A stretch of DNA of 64,000 nucleotides. It comes from Rebecca billardiae RCC1528. Lineage: Eukaryota; Protista; Haptophyta. Positions 44,101-55,700 of this stretch are shown here, in pieces. The translations under genes and the position numbers were made by a program. The stretch is from contig OZ251226.1 of the NCBI GenBank assembly GCA_965240325.2, positions 1,302,001-1,366,000 on the forward strand, given 5' to 3'. The notes beneath the pieces are model-generated. The model made no database searches and had not been told where the DNA came from. It worked only from the letters and a program-made list of their open reading frames with translations. Positions within the stretch are counted from its first letter, which is position 1, and every line of letters starts with the position of its first letter.

Positions 44101-46291
44101 TGCACGCGCACGCGCACGCGCGCGCAGCCGCGCACGTGAGCACTGGGCACGGCTGCGTGTGGGGACGTGCGCGCACGCCGAGCCGAGGCGCACCAGTGCG
44201 GTGCGGCGGGCGCGCGCACACACCTGGGAAGAGCTGCGTCGCCTCCTGCAGCGCGATGATCGACGGGTTGTTGGCGATGAACGCGCCGTCGGCGAAGGGC
44301 TCGCCGTCGTGGAAGTACTGCTTGAACAGGTACGGCACCGCGCCGGTCGCTCGGCAGCCCTCCGCGTACGTCCACTCGTGCGAGCCAGCGATCCCCTTTG
44401 GGTCCGAGCCGTGCGGCATGCGGTACGTGCGGCAGAGGAACGGCTGCGGCGTGCCGCCCGTCATCCGCGCGGTGAGCGCGGCCGAGTAGGGGCGCGAGCG
44501 AGGCGCCTCGACGTCCTCGCCGTCCAGCGGCTTCTTGCCCAAGCCGAACGCATTCTCGAACACGCGCTGGACCGTCTCCGTGTCGCACACGGAGCCCCCG
44601 GGCATGGCGAGCCGCGAGAGGTTCGCCGTCTCCATCACGCTCATGAAGTCATCGAAGATGCCGCGCCGCATCGCCTGCACGCCCCCGAAGCCGGGGAAGC
44701 GATGCAACGCGAGCGCGCCGATCCCTCCCGCGCTCGTCCCCACGACCATGTCGAAGAGCTCGTCGATCGGCCGGCCGGCGCGCGCCTCAATCTCCTCGAG
44801 GACGAGGACGAGGTTCTGGCCCTTGCCGCCGCCGCCGTCGAGGGTGAGGATGCGCAGGGGGCGCTGCTGCTCCGCGGGCGGGGCGAGGCGCGGCACCCAG
44901 GGTAGACGCGGCATGGCTGGCAGTAGCAGGACGCGCCGAGGGTCCGCCGCGCCCTTCGCAGCCCCGCCCTCGGCGCGCTCGGCAGGTGCAAAGGCCATGA
45001 GCGCCAAGCTTACGTGCCTGATCTTGGCCTTCGTGTAGTCCAACTGATCCGGGATCCGCTCCGGCTCCTGATCCTCGGCCACTGCGTACCGGCACGAGAT
45101 GTGGGCGAGCGAGCGCACCAGCCACACGCACCCAAGGGCCAGCACGTCCTCGGGCGAGCGCCGCACGCTCGCCACGACCGCCGCCACTGCGGTGGCTGCG
45201 TCCACCAACCCGAGCACAACGTTCATCGCCACAGAGAAGAAGGCTGCGCCGCTGAGCGCGACGTGGAAGGCGAGGTTGAGCGTACGCAGCGCGGAGGTGG
45301 CGAGCAGCCATACCTGTGCCACGTACCACGCTATGAGCCGACTGAACTCGGCTTGCACATTGGCTGACTCGTCCTCGTTCGCGCGTCTGATCGCCATGAA
45401 GGCGATCAGCATCGCCAGCAACAGGCCAATGTCCGCGTGCACAAACGCCCTCCACAGGTCTTCGTAGAACGGGTGTTGGGTGACGAGCAGCTCGATTCGC
45501 CCCAGCATGCTCGTGGTCGCTGCGATGCGGTGCCCCTTCGAGTGGAAGAATCGGCGCAGCTTCCACCCCTTCGGGATGCCATTGAAGTGCTTCGTGGGCC
45601 ACCCGCTGTGCGCACGCGTGCGCGCACGCGCGCGCGCGCGGCGGGGACGGTCCGCCGGTCCGTGCGGGGACGCGCGCGCCAAGTGAGCGTGTGCAAGGGT
45701 CTCATCCGCGCACGCGCGGGCGCACACAGGCGCGCGCCACGCGTCTGCGCCGCACGTGTAGATCCCAGAGACGTAGCTCAGCCAAAACATTCCGACGAGG
45801 TTGACAAACATCGAGGCTGCAAAGCTGGCTGGATGGCCCCACGGTGCTTGCAGGCCGGCGATCGCGATGTCCAGCTGGAACGAGAAGATCATGGTGGCTA
45901 TCACCATGTCCATCGCAGCGAGTGGCGGACTGGCCGCACGGTGCGCATGCCGTGCCTTGTCCCTGCGCATCAACAACTCCAGGCTGGCCGCCGACATGAC
46001 GATGAGGAGAAAGCAGCAGCAGGCGGCCGCGGCACTCAGCGCCAGGCGCCACATCATGGAAGGGAGGCTCTCACTGGATCGCGAGTCGGCGATGTCGCGC
46101 TCCAGCGAGAGGCTCAAGGCGAACGCACGTGCGTTCGGGGAAGTCGTCGTAAGAACGATCAGGAGGATGAGCAACACCACGCACACGATCGGCACCCCTC
46201 TGGCGAGGAAGGCGAGCGTTCGGTCGAAACGCGAGCCGTGCGGGTGAGCGTTGTCGGCGAGGAGAACTTCGTCGCTGTCGCCCCGCGGCAT
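41164..46291 (-). CDS. Multi-pass membrane protein with two patatin-like domains (~1615 aa; introns 45755-45606 and 44223-44094)
   Basis: Domain 1: LTLDGGGGKG, FDMVVGTSAGG, FADGAFIANNP. Domain 2: LALEGVG, FDIAVGSGLGA, YLTGSMSTPNP. Each follows a hydrophobic block. Splice phases are consistent. Confidence 0.85.
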
Positions 46292-46673
46292 CGTCAGCTC
46301 TTGATTGATCGAGTGAGAATGCGCGACGACTATCTATCATATCATAGCATAGCAGCGATATCCGTCATCGAAAAGTGAGCAGCCGTATAGTATTCATTGC
46401 CTGAGCCGATCGACGACGAGACATTATTGATGATGTAAAAACTGGCGGCCGTAACGCAATTGCGGACGATATCTAGATACTACTAGTAGATATGCGTGAG
46501 TAATGGAGCCTGCCGCCCTGCGCCGGCCCGCGCTGCGGCTGCGCACGCCTTGCCGCGCACGTCACGGTTCTGGTAGTAGTCCCGGCTCAGGCCGCCCGCC
46601 GCCTACTTGCTTGTAGCTATCTAAGTTACAAGTTGCTGTGTTTCGCCAGAGGCGCTACGGTGTCTGTCAAGTG

Positions 46674-47663
46674 TCAGCTGTGCCTGTGGGCGTGCGAGTC
46701 CCGTGATCGTCCGATCAGGCGTGGAGCCCGAGCGCCGCTGCGCGGCGTGGTGCAATTTCCAGCCCGGACAAAGCTCTTGCCATGCTTCTTGACTCCATAG
46801 TAGTCCTCGAGCATGCCGCATGGGCTCAGCGCCAGGCCCGCGAGGGAGCGTAACGAGGCAGCGGGGCCGAGCTGTAACCTGGGCTTGGCGCTGGAGCCAG
46901 TGCGCCACATGTTCGCAGCGCCAGCTGCTGCGCCGCAGATCGCCTCTAGAGCCTGGTGCACCTCCAGCGTCACGCCTCCTTTCATCCGCGTCTTTCGACT
47001 GCCCTGGGGCCCTGCACCGAGCTCCGCCAGAGCGGAGAGCATACCCAGCGCGCCTTCACGGCCAGTCGTGCCCCAAAGGCCAAATGCTCGCATGCGCTCA
47101 AACCCAGTTGCGGTGACCTCGAATGCGCAGTGGTTGACAACTGTCCAATTCCAGGGTGGCCTCACGCCGAGGCGCCTGAGCAAATCGTGCGTCAGCTCGT
47201 GCTTGCGCCAATAGGGATTGTCCATCTCGTTCTCGCGCACGATGGCCCGGGCGTGGCAGTGCTGCGGCATGCGAGGTACACACCTGACCAAGGGCGTGGA
47301 GTGCTGCAGGAAGAGGAGGCGCTCGAACGATTCTCCCGAGAGTTCGAGCAGCCTGAGGGCGCCAAGCTGGCCATCGTCACGTTCTAGTCTGCGCACGTCA
47401 TATACGGAGGCATTCTGCACAAGCCGTGCCACGTCCCACGCCGATGCGCTGTCGACAATGATCACGTGGGCTTGTGGCGCGTGCCGTTGGATAGAGCTGA
47501 CAGTGGCGACGAGCAGGCGTGCGTTCTGCGGATCGCAGATATGCGCAGTGACGACGACAGTCAGGTTGGGCACCACTGGACAGGCGATCGGCGCAGCCCT
47601 CCAGAACGAGTTCAGGGACGGCGTGGACACGGCTGCCCACAGCGCGGCCATCACGGCAGCCAT
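46674..47663 (-). CDS. Putative GT2-like glycosyltransferase with N-terminal signal
   Basis: LTVVVTAHI...VSSIQRHAPQAHVIIVDSAS...LLFLQHS pattern resembles a GT-A N-terminal half. Intronless. Confidence 0.5.
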   Translation of the reverse strand: MAAVMAALWAAVSTPSLNSFWRAAPIACPVVPNLTVVVTAHICDPQNARLLVATVSSIQRHAPQAHVIIVDSASAWDVARLVQNASVYDVRRLERDDGQLGALRLLELSGESFERLLFLQHSTPLVRCVPRMPQHCHARAIVRENEMDNPYWRKHELTHDLLRRLGVRPPWNWTVVNHCAFEVTATGFERMRAFGLWGTTGREGALGMLSALAELGAGPQGSRKTRMKGGVTLEVHQALEAICGAAAGAANMWRTGSSAKPRLQLGPAASLRSLAGLALSPCGMLEDYYGVKKHGKSFVRAGNCTTPRSGARAPRLIGRSRDSHAHRHS

Positions 47664-48053
47664 GATGATTGCGCGCTTGAAGCAGTTTTTTTGGACAAAA
47701 AACAATTCTCATCGGATTTCCTTGCTGCCGCAGTGCCGCACCACCGGCGGGGATGGCAGCACTTGCGGTGTTTTTGGCAGCAGTGAGCGGCTGAGGGCGA
47801 GGCTGCACTGGCCGGACATTCACTATGTCATAAGTCAGCACCGTAGTAGTTAGTGTTGGTGTGAGTTACCCTGTTAGACAGTTAGTACCGTCCGTGCTGC
47901 CCTTATTCTAGCGCAGAAGCCAGAATTAACTACTGTAGCGGGCGTCAATCTCGCCTGCCTGAGCTGTGTGCGTCTCTTATTCTTAGTAAACTGTACGTAC
48001 TACAGGCAGATAATACGTTTATTATAATATATAATATATAAATATATTTTCAC

Positions 48054-48089
<36 letters not shown>

Positions 48090-48189
48090 GTATTAATCAC
48101 TTCACAATCGCTCGTACTAATGACTATCTACTGCTAATGCCCGCGGCGATGGTCCACGACTCACACTCACCGTGGATGCCCGATGGGCG

Positions 48190-49175
48190 TCAAGCCTCCT
48201 CAGCCGGCCCCGGCGTGTCACTGTCAGGCGCTCCTGAGTCGTGCAGCATCGGGTGTTGGGGCGGTGCGGGACCGCTCTCGACGTCGGTCTCTGCGCTGCT
48301 GTCGGCTCGCGCGGCGCCGGGCAAGGGGTGCATGCGCGGCGCCTCGCGCAGCTCGACGCTCCGGAGCCGAGCCGGCGGCACGCCGCCAGTGCCCGCCGCG
48401 GCTCTTCTCGCCCGCCAGGCCGCAACCATCCGCCGAATGTAAGGACCACATGCGCTCAGCGGAAGGCACACAACCACGAACGGGAGCAGGATGATCCACG
48501 TGCTCACGCTGCGGGCGCGGTCGGGGACGCGCGGTCGCGCGTGCGGGTGAGTCACCAGCGCACGCTTCGACCGGGCCAAGGGCGCGCCACCCCCCCGGCA
48601 CCGGCCGCGCCAGGCCACGCCGGGCGCGCGCGCGCGCGCGCGAGAGTGAGTGAGCAGTGAACACACCCGAAAAAGGTGAGGCCCCATGCGAAATACATGG
48701 AGACAATCAGGAAGCACAGGACGCCCACCGAGAGGAGCGTGACGAGCAATCGGAGCACGCTCGCCACCGGCGTGCTGCGCCGCTCGTCACTCACGCACAG
48801 CCGCACGAGCTTCTCCCACAAGTCCGTTGGCACGCGGCCGTTCGCGTCGAGTGCAGCCGCGCCGGTGCGCACGTGGTGCGTGACGCTGTAGGGCGTCTTG
48901 CACACGCGGCACGCGAGCAGCGTCGAGAGCGGCTTTGCGTCGGCCTCGCCCGCGTTGATGAAGGACTCGAGGCAGGCGAGGTGCACAGCGAGCGTGGTGC
49001 AAGCACACAGTCCGGTCTTAGGCAGTTCGCCCGGGCGGCCATGCACGGCGGGGCCAGGGCCCGATTCGAAGCAGATGAAGCAGGCGAGCCCCTCATCGTC
49101 GCCCACGGTCGACGTCGGCGCGCTGGGCGCGCTCGGAGTATCGGCGCCCGGGGTGACGCGTGGCTGCGTCTGCAT
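48190..49175 (-). CDS. RING-CH (RINGv, MARCH-like) membrane E3 ligase; intron 48666-48509
   Basis: CFIC...LCAC...VHLACL...CRVC (C4HC3) followed by two hydrophobic segments. Confidence 0.85.
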
Positions 49176-49606
49176 CGAGAGCCGCGCTTTCGCGTTCCCG
49201 CCCAGCGCGGAGCGGGACAGCAGCTCAAAAGGGACTGCCAGCGGTCGAATCCCATCAAGCAAACCGTCGAACCTGCCCGTCCATGCGAAACGGTGCACTG
49301 AAAACATTAGCTCAATAGGATCTTGGGCGGCGGACGCGGGCGATGAAGCGCCATCTACCCGCGAGATGACGTTTATCCTTGAGATTCCAGCCCAGCTACG
49401 CAAACGATCTGCACGTCTCACGAGCTCGGGTACAATCATGATTTAAATGGTTGAATACGGTTAATTTTTTGACCTTGTGCTGGCAGAAAAGAATCTCTCG
49501 ATCCACCGCCGGATTATTTGCCGCGTGCTGGCGAGCGCCGAACGGCACCGCGGCGCGAAAACTGAAAACCGGCCGCCCGGTGCGAAAATTGCAGCTTGGA
49601 TACACG

Positions 49607-52315
49607 ATGGGCGGCGCCGTGTGCAAGCCCAGGCGACGTGAGGAGGAGCACGCCGAGACGGTCGTGGTGGACGTCACGGATGCGCGTGCCCCCAACGCGG
49701 CCGCTCGAAGCGCACGCGCCACCACGGCGCCATCGTGGCTGATGCGCAGCCCGCCGCCGGCCCCTGCCGCGCCTCCCGCTGACATCGAGGCTGCAACGGA
49801 GGAGCTTGAGCGCGCGTTCGCAGACGTGCGCGGCGGCACCGACATTCCGAGCGTGCACGAGCGCGGGCTGACGCTCGCCCAGCTCGATCGCGTCTGGGAT
49901 GCTGCCCAGGCGCGCTGTGCCCGAGGCGCCCCGTGGTGGCGGCCCACCGAGGGCGACGAGTGGACGGCGACGGCGCTCGACTCGGCTGACGTGAGCGTAC
50001 GCGACTTTTTGCGCACCGTCGGCAGGCCAGCCACGGCGACGCGCGGGTGCTCGCTCGTCGAGGTGATCGCGCCGAGCGCGCAGCCCGCGCACTACTTCGT
50101 CGCACATGCCTTCGACGCGCCGCTCGCCGAGGTGGTCGCGAGCGTGCGCGCGCACGCCGCAGACCGCGGCGCGCCCAGAGCGCGGGGCGGCGCGCACGCC
50201 GCGCAGGCGGCGCCGGCGACGTACTGGCTGGCGGCGCTCGCGCTGTCCGAGCACGAGCTCGCGCAGCCCATGCTCGCGTGGCACGCCGCGCTCGTGCACA
50301 CGCGCGGCGCGCTCCTCGTGCTCGACGTAGCCCACCGCTTCTTCGACAGCGCGTGGTGCCTTCTCGAGACAGCGCTGGTGTCGGCCGATCGCCCGGCCGC
50401 GGCCGTGGATAGTGGTGGGTCGGCGCGCGTGACGCCGGCGGATGCGGGGTACCTCGTCGACGTGTACGGCTGCGCGGCGCACGAGATGTCCGCTGAAGCA
50501 CCGCTGACAAGACTGCCAGCGGGCCACGATGACGGCGAGGGCGGTGGCGGCCGCCCCGGTGGCGCCTCGCCTCTGGCGGCTTCGGCCGCCGACGGCGGCG
50601 GCGCCGACGGCGCAGGCGCGGCCGAGTCCACCCGCGCGCACCCGCTCGCGCGCGGCTCAGCACACGCGCGCGGCGGCGCCCTGGACCTCGAGCGCGACCT
50701 GCGTGTCGGCGGCCTGCTGGATGGCAGCCCGGCCGGCCGGAGCTCGTGGGGCGCGCGCGCGCGCGCCGAAGCGTTCCCGCGCGCCGCGTTGGCGCGCGCC
50801 GCGCACTGCCGAGTGGAGGAATCTCGGGGGGCGGACGGCCCGGTGCTCTTGCGCACGATCAAGGCGCACGGCGGCGCGGCCAGCGTGAACGCGACCGCGT
50901 CGGCGCGGCTGCTCCTCGCAGCCCTCCCCTACGCGGAGGGGCTGGGCGAGGCCGAGCGTGATCTGATCTCGCGTGCCCTGCCGCCGGCGCTCGCGGCTGC
51001 CGAGCTCCGAGCGCTCCGGGTGAGCTTTGGTGCGGCGTCGCGCCGGCCAGACGCGGGCTGGGTGGCGCGCGCGCTGGGCAGCGCGCTGCCACCATCCCTC
51101 GAGCACGTCCACATCGCCCACGCCGACGCTGCTGAGGTCTGCGAGAGCCTCGGCACCGCGCTGCGGGCGGCGACCGCCGCGCCGCCGCCGCTCCGAGTGC
51201 TTGAGCTGAGCGCGTGCTCGCTCGATGACGGCGCGCTCTGTGCGCTCGCCTCCGCAGTCGTCAGCTCCGGGGCGCGGCTGCGCGTGCTCAAGCTCGGCCT
51301 GAACGCCGTCGGCCCGCGTGGGTGCGAGGCACTCGCACCCGTCGTCCGCGCGGCACCCGCCTCGCTCCAGCAGCTCGACCTGTCTGACAACCCGATCGGC
51401 GACGGCGGCGTGTCGGCTCTGGCAGCCGCGCTCACAGGCTCCGCCGCGCCGGGCCCGCACGGCGCCGCCGGCGCGGAGGAGGCGGGCGGCGGCCCCGCGC
51501 TCGAGATCCTGCGACTCTCCGCCGCGGGCCTCGGTGCGGACGGCGCGCGCGCGCTCGCCGCCGTCGCCCTCCCCTCACTGCTCCGGCTCAGACTGCTCGA
51601 TCTCGGCTTCAATCTCGTCGGCGACGACGGCGCGGCAGAAGTGGCGCGCGCGCTCGCTGACCTGCCGGCGCTTCGCACGCTCGTCCTCCGCGAGACTGGC
51701 GCGGCGGACTCGGCGGCGCGCGCGCTCGGCGCCGCCCTGGAGAGCGGGCTAGGCCTGAGCGTCCTCTCGCTCGGGAGCAACCGCGCGGGCGACGACGGCG
51801 CGCGCGCGCTCGCCTCCGCGCTCGCGCGCGGCGCGCCGAATCTTGCAAAGCTTAACCTCGACGGCAACTCGATCGGCGAGGCGGGCGCCATCGCCATCGC
51901 GCGCGCGCTGCCGAGCGCTGCGGTGCGAGCGTCGCTCACCCAGCTCGACCTCTCGCGCAACTGGCTGGGCGTCGGCGGCGCCGCGGCGCTGAACGAGGCG
52001 GCGGCCTCGCTGCACAGCCTCGGGTCGCTTGAAGCGCCCGCACCTGCCGCGGCGCCTGCCGCGCTCGACGGTGCGTCGCAGCCTGCAGGGCAGCCAGGGC
52101 TCACAGCGGCCACCCTCGCCATGGTGGTGGACACCGAGCACTCCGGCTTGGGCGTCAGCGGCGTCGATGGCACACGCAGTGGCGCGGCCACGCCGCGCAC
52201 CGTCGTGGGCGACGCTTTCGATCTGGCTCAGCCTCGTCAGCAGGGCGATGGCTTTCGACCTGACGATGCTTCAGGGCGGCCGGGGCCTCGCCACGTCACC
52301 CTGCGCCTCGGCTGA
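49607..52315 (+). CDS. RI-like leucine-rich repeat protein with MG..C N-terminus and HET/TIR-like N-terminal domain
   Basis: About 9 RI-type LRRs (LQQLDLSDNPIGDGG, LAKLNLDGNSIGEAG); N-terminal RGLTLAQL, CSLVE, YFVAHAF, LLVLD, SAWCLLE. Confidence 0.8.
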   Translation: MGGAVCKPRRREEEHAETVVVDVTDARAPNAAARSARATTAPSWLMRSPPPAPAAPPADIEAATEELERAFADVRGGTDIPSVHERGLTLAQLDRVWDAAQARCARGAPWWRPTEGDEWTATALDSADVSVRDFLRTVGRPATATRGCSLVEVIAPSAQPAHYFVAHAFDAPLAEVVASVRAHAADRGAPRARGGAHAAQAAPATYWLAALALSEHELAQPMLAWHAALVHTRGALLVLDVAHRFFDSAWCLLETALVSADRPAAAVDSGGSARVTPADAGYLVDVYGCAAHEMSAEAPLTRLPAGHDDGEGGGGRPGGASPLAASAADGGGADGAGAAESTRAHPLARGSAHARGGALDLERDLRVGGLLDGSPAGRSSWGARARAEAFPRAALARAAHCRVEESRGADGPVLLRTIKAHGGAASVNATASARLLLAALPYAEGLGEAERDLISRALPPALAAAELRALRVSFGAASRRPDAGWVARALGSALPPSLEHVHIAHADAAEVCESLGTALRAATAAPPPLRVLELSACSLDDGALCALASAVVSSGARLRVLKLGLNAVGPRGCEALAPVVRAAPASLQQLDLSDNPIGDGGVSALAAALTGSAAPGPHGAAGAEEAGGGPALEILRLSAAGLGADGARALAAVALPSLLRLRLLDLGFNLVGDDGAAEVARALADLPALRTLVLRETGAADSAARALGAALESGLGLSVLSLGSNRAGDDGARALASALARGAPNLAKLNLDGNSIGEAGAIAIARALPSAAVRASLTQLDLSRNWLGVGGAAALNEAAASLHSLGSLEAPAPAAAPAALDGASQPAGQPGLTAATLAMVVDTEHSGLGVSGVDGTRSGAATPRTVVGDAFDLAQPRQQGDGFRPDDASGRPGPRHVTLRLG

Positions 52316-52794
52316 ACTCTCCTACAGGCCTATATAGCTATACAGCCCGACAGGATCCTAGTCGATCTGAACAGTATAGAGTCAGACGATAGAGACTGAG
52401 AGAGAGAGAGATGAGAGAGAGAGCAGCAGCAGATCGAATCATCAGATATCTATAGGCGGAATGATACATGCAGTATGCATCATGTCATCGGTCCAGTCGT
52501 GTCGTCATCGTCATCACTCATCAGTGACAGCGTCGGCACTCCGACGCGCGGTGTCGGGTGCATACTGTAGTGTGCACAGTCGTGGCCATCGGCCGTGCAG
52601 CCGGGCAGTGGCCAGGGCGCCGATGTCGCCCGATGGCCCGCATCGTCAGGCGTGGGCGGAGGGCGTGCTCATCATGCGGCTCACAGGGAGGAGAGACGAC
52701 ACGGCGAGAGGCGCCGCGTCGCGGTGTTACCTAGGCGCGGCGTCGGTCGCGAGATCGCGCCGAGCCGCGCGGCGCTGTCTGTCAGACGGGTCAC

Positions 52795-55700
52795 TCAGAG
52801 GGTGCGGGTGATGAGGCACGACCAGCGGTAGAGCCGGCCAAACACCGCGCGCCACCACCACAGAGTCACGCGGTGCGCGAACGCGCCGAGCAGCTCCTGC
52901 GCGACGAGCAGCCGAATCGACGTGTTGCCGCGCGCGTCATGCCACCACCAGCCGTCGTCGCGCATGCGGCGGCACGCGGCGAGCAGCTTCGCCTTGAGCT
53001 CGTCCAGGTCGGCCTGCGTCCAGTCGAGCGCAAAGTTGAGCCGGCCGGTGCCGACCCACGAGAGCTGCACGCCCTCGTCGCGCAGGTAGTACTGCAGCAT
53101 CCAGTGGTAGCGGCCGGGCTGCTGGAAGAGCATCGTCCACACGGTGGCGTACGCGGCGACGCGGAGCGGCAGCTTCTCGGCCTCGAGCTCGGCGTTCGTC
53201 GTCTCCACCCACTCCGACACGCGCGCGTGCACCGAATCGTACAGCGGCTTCGTCTCGGACGCCTCGAGCCATTTGAGGAACTCGCGCATCGTCGCCATCA
53301 CCACCGGGTGCGCGGCGAAGGTGCCGACGACGTACGCGACACGCAGCGGCGACGAGGGGTCCGTGCGCGTCATCAGCGTGCTCGGGCCGCACACCGCGCC
53401 GACCGGCAGCCCGCCGCCCAGTGTCTTGCCATAGCAAACGATGTCCGCCTGGCGTGCGCGCGCACGCGCGCGCGCGCGTGGCCCGCGGCGCGCGCGCGGT
53501 GCGAGGGCGTCGGCCGATGAGCAAAGCGTTGGCACGGCGCAGCGGCGCGCGGGGGGAGCGCTCGCGAGGGGGTGCTGTTGATGGGCCGGCCCGGCCCCGC
53601 CCAGGCACGACGGCGGCGCCCCGCGCAGGCAACACGCATCTGCATGCCCGACGGGCACATGTGCCCGCCCGCCCGCCCGTTGGCCCGCGCGCCCGCCCAC
53701 CCGCCTGCCGGCTGCGGTGGCAGCACTGCCAAGCGATTTGGCGCGCGCGCGCGCGCGGGCGGCCGCCCACGCACCTGCACGCCAAAGTACTCCTGCGCGC
53801 CGCCCGGCGCGAGGCGGAAGCCCGTGTACACCTCGTCGAAGATGAGCACGACGCCCGCCGCCGCGCACGCCGCCTTGAGCTCCACCAGCCACTTGGCGTA
53901 CGCCGACGTCTCGCCCGCCTGCCGCGTGTTGGAGACGAGCGTGAGGTCGGACGGAGGCGACTGGTTAGGATGGAACGACTGCAGCGGGTTGACAAGGACG
54001 GCGGCGATCTCGTTGCCGCGCGCGCTGCGCGGGCGGGCGCGCGGGGGGCGGGACGGGCGGGCGTGAGCGAGCGAGCCGCGCGCGCGGCGCGTGCCGCGCC
54101 GACGCGCGGCAGACGCGGACAGCCACTCGCATGGCCATGGCCTGCTTGGCTGTCCGCCGGCCGCGGGCGCACGCGTCAAACGCCGCGCGCCGCGCGCCGC
54201 GCGTGTCGCGGCGCGGCGCACCGGATGACTTGGAGCGAGCGCGCGTCGAGGTCGCGCAGCGTGAGCGTGTCGTCGACCGAGCGCTCGTTCCCCGCCGCCG
54301 TCTGCACGCCGTCCCACCAGCCGTGGTACGCGCCGCCGAAGAGCACGATCAGCTTCTTGCGCGTGTTGAAGCGCGCGACGCGGCAGGCACACATGACCGC
54401 CTCTGTCCCCGACATGTGAAATGACACCTCGTCCTTGCCGGAGACGCGCTGCAGCGCCTGCGGGGCGGGCGCGAGGGCGGGCGCGGGCGCGCGAGGGCGG
54501 GCGTGAGTGCCTGCGCTCGCGGCACCCGCGCACGCCAGTGCACGCAGGCGCGGCGCGCAACCCAGCGCGGCGCGCGCGCGCCCCCGCCAGCGCGGATTGG
54601 CGCGCGGCGCGGCGCGCGCGCCGGCGGCACACACACCTTGATGTTGTCGATCGTGAGCTCGGAGATGGGCCCGAGGACGCAGCCGAGGTCGGCCGCGGCG
54701 CGCTGCCCGCGCTCGAGGAACCCCTTGTACGCGTCGTACCCGCACACGTTCACGCCGTACGAGCCCGCCGCGTCCAGCAGCCGCTGGCCGTCGACGTCGA
54801 CGACAGCCGGGCCATCCGCCCTGGCCGCGATCGTGACGGGCTCGAACGACTCGCCGAGGAGGCGGTTGAAGGGGAGGTACACGCGGTTGGCCGAGGCGAA
54901 GCGCAGGTCGGAGAAGTGCCGGCGCAGGAACGGCGCCACCTGCGCCGCGTGCGGCCACTTGCTCCGCCACGACGCCGCGAGCGACTCGAACGCCGCGCGC
55001 CGCCGCGCCTGAATCTTGTCGGGCGCGCGGTCGGCGGAGAAAAAGGCTTTCTCGTCGTACGAGTAGGATGGGAGGAAGAGGGAGGCGAGGCGGAAGGCGG
55101 CGGCGGCGGGCGCGGTCGCGCGCGCCGTGAGCAGCAGCACGCGCAGCCGGCGGAGCACCGCCGCGCCGAGCAGCACGGCGATCAGCTGGCAGCCGATGTA
55201 GCCCTGGCCGACGCGCGTGTGCGACAAGAAGCCCAGGGCGAGGGCGACGGCGACGAGGAGGGCAGTTAGGGAGAGCGCGAGCGCGGCCTTGCGGTGGTGC
55301 GCGAGCGGGACGTGGAGCAGGAGGACGAGCGCGCCGGGCACGGCGAGCAGCCGCAGCAGCAGCGCCTGCGACGCCGCCGGCGTCACCGCCTGCACGCACA
55401 CGATGCACGCGATGCCGAGCAGGCAGTTGCGCGTGAGCGTGCTCACAAAGATGAGCATGAGCGCGCCGAGCGCGCCGACCAAGAAGCGGTTCCACTTGAG
55501 CGCGGTCGAGGCGGAGATCGCGCCGGAGATCGACTCGAGGGCGGGGCGCACGCGGGACCACGAGTTGAGCCGGCCCGCCCACTGCAGCAGCACCGCGCCC
55601 GGCGGGAACTCGAAGTCCGTCGAGCACGCCTCCTCGTGCTCGCCGCACACGGTCGCGCTCACGTTGGCGTGCCCGCCCGCGCTCGCGAGCTCGGCGAGCG

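Noticed and set aside
52795-54900. Call as hemL/GSA aminomutase
   Set aside because: Same fold, but the divergent motifs and the membrane/GT fusion argue against a tetrapyrrole role.
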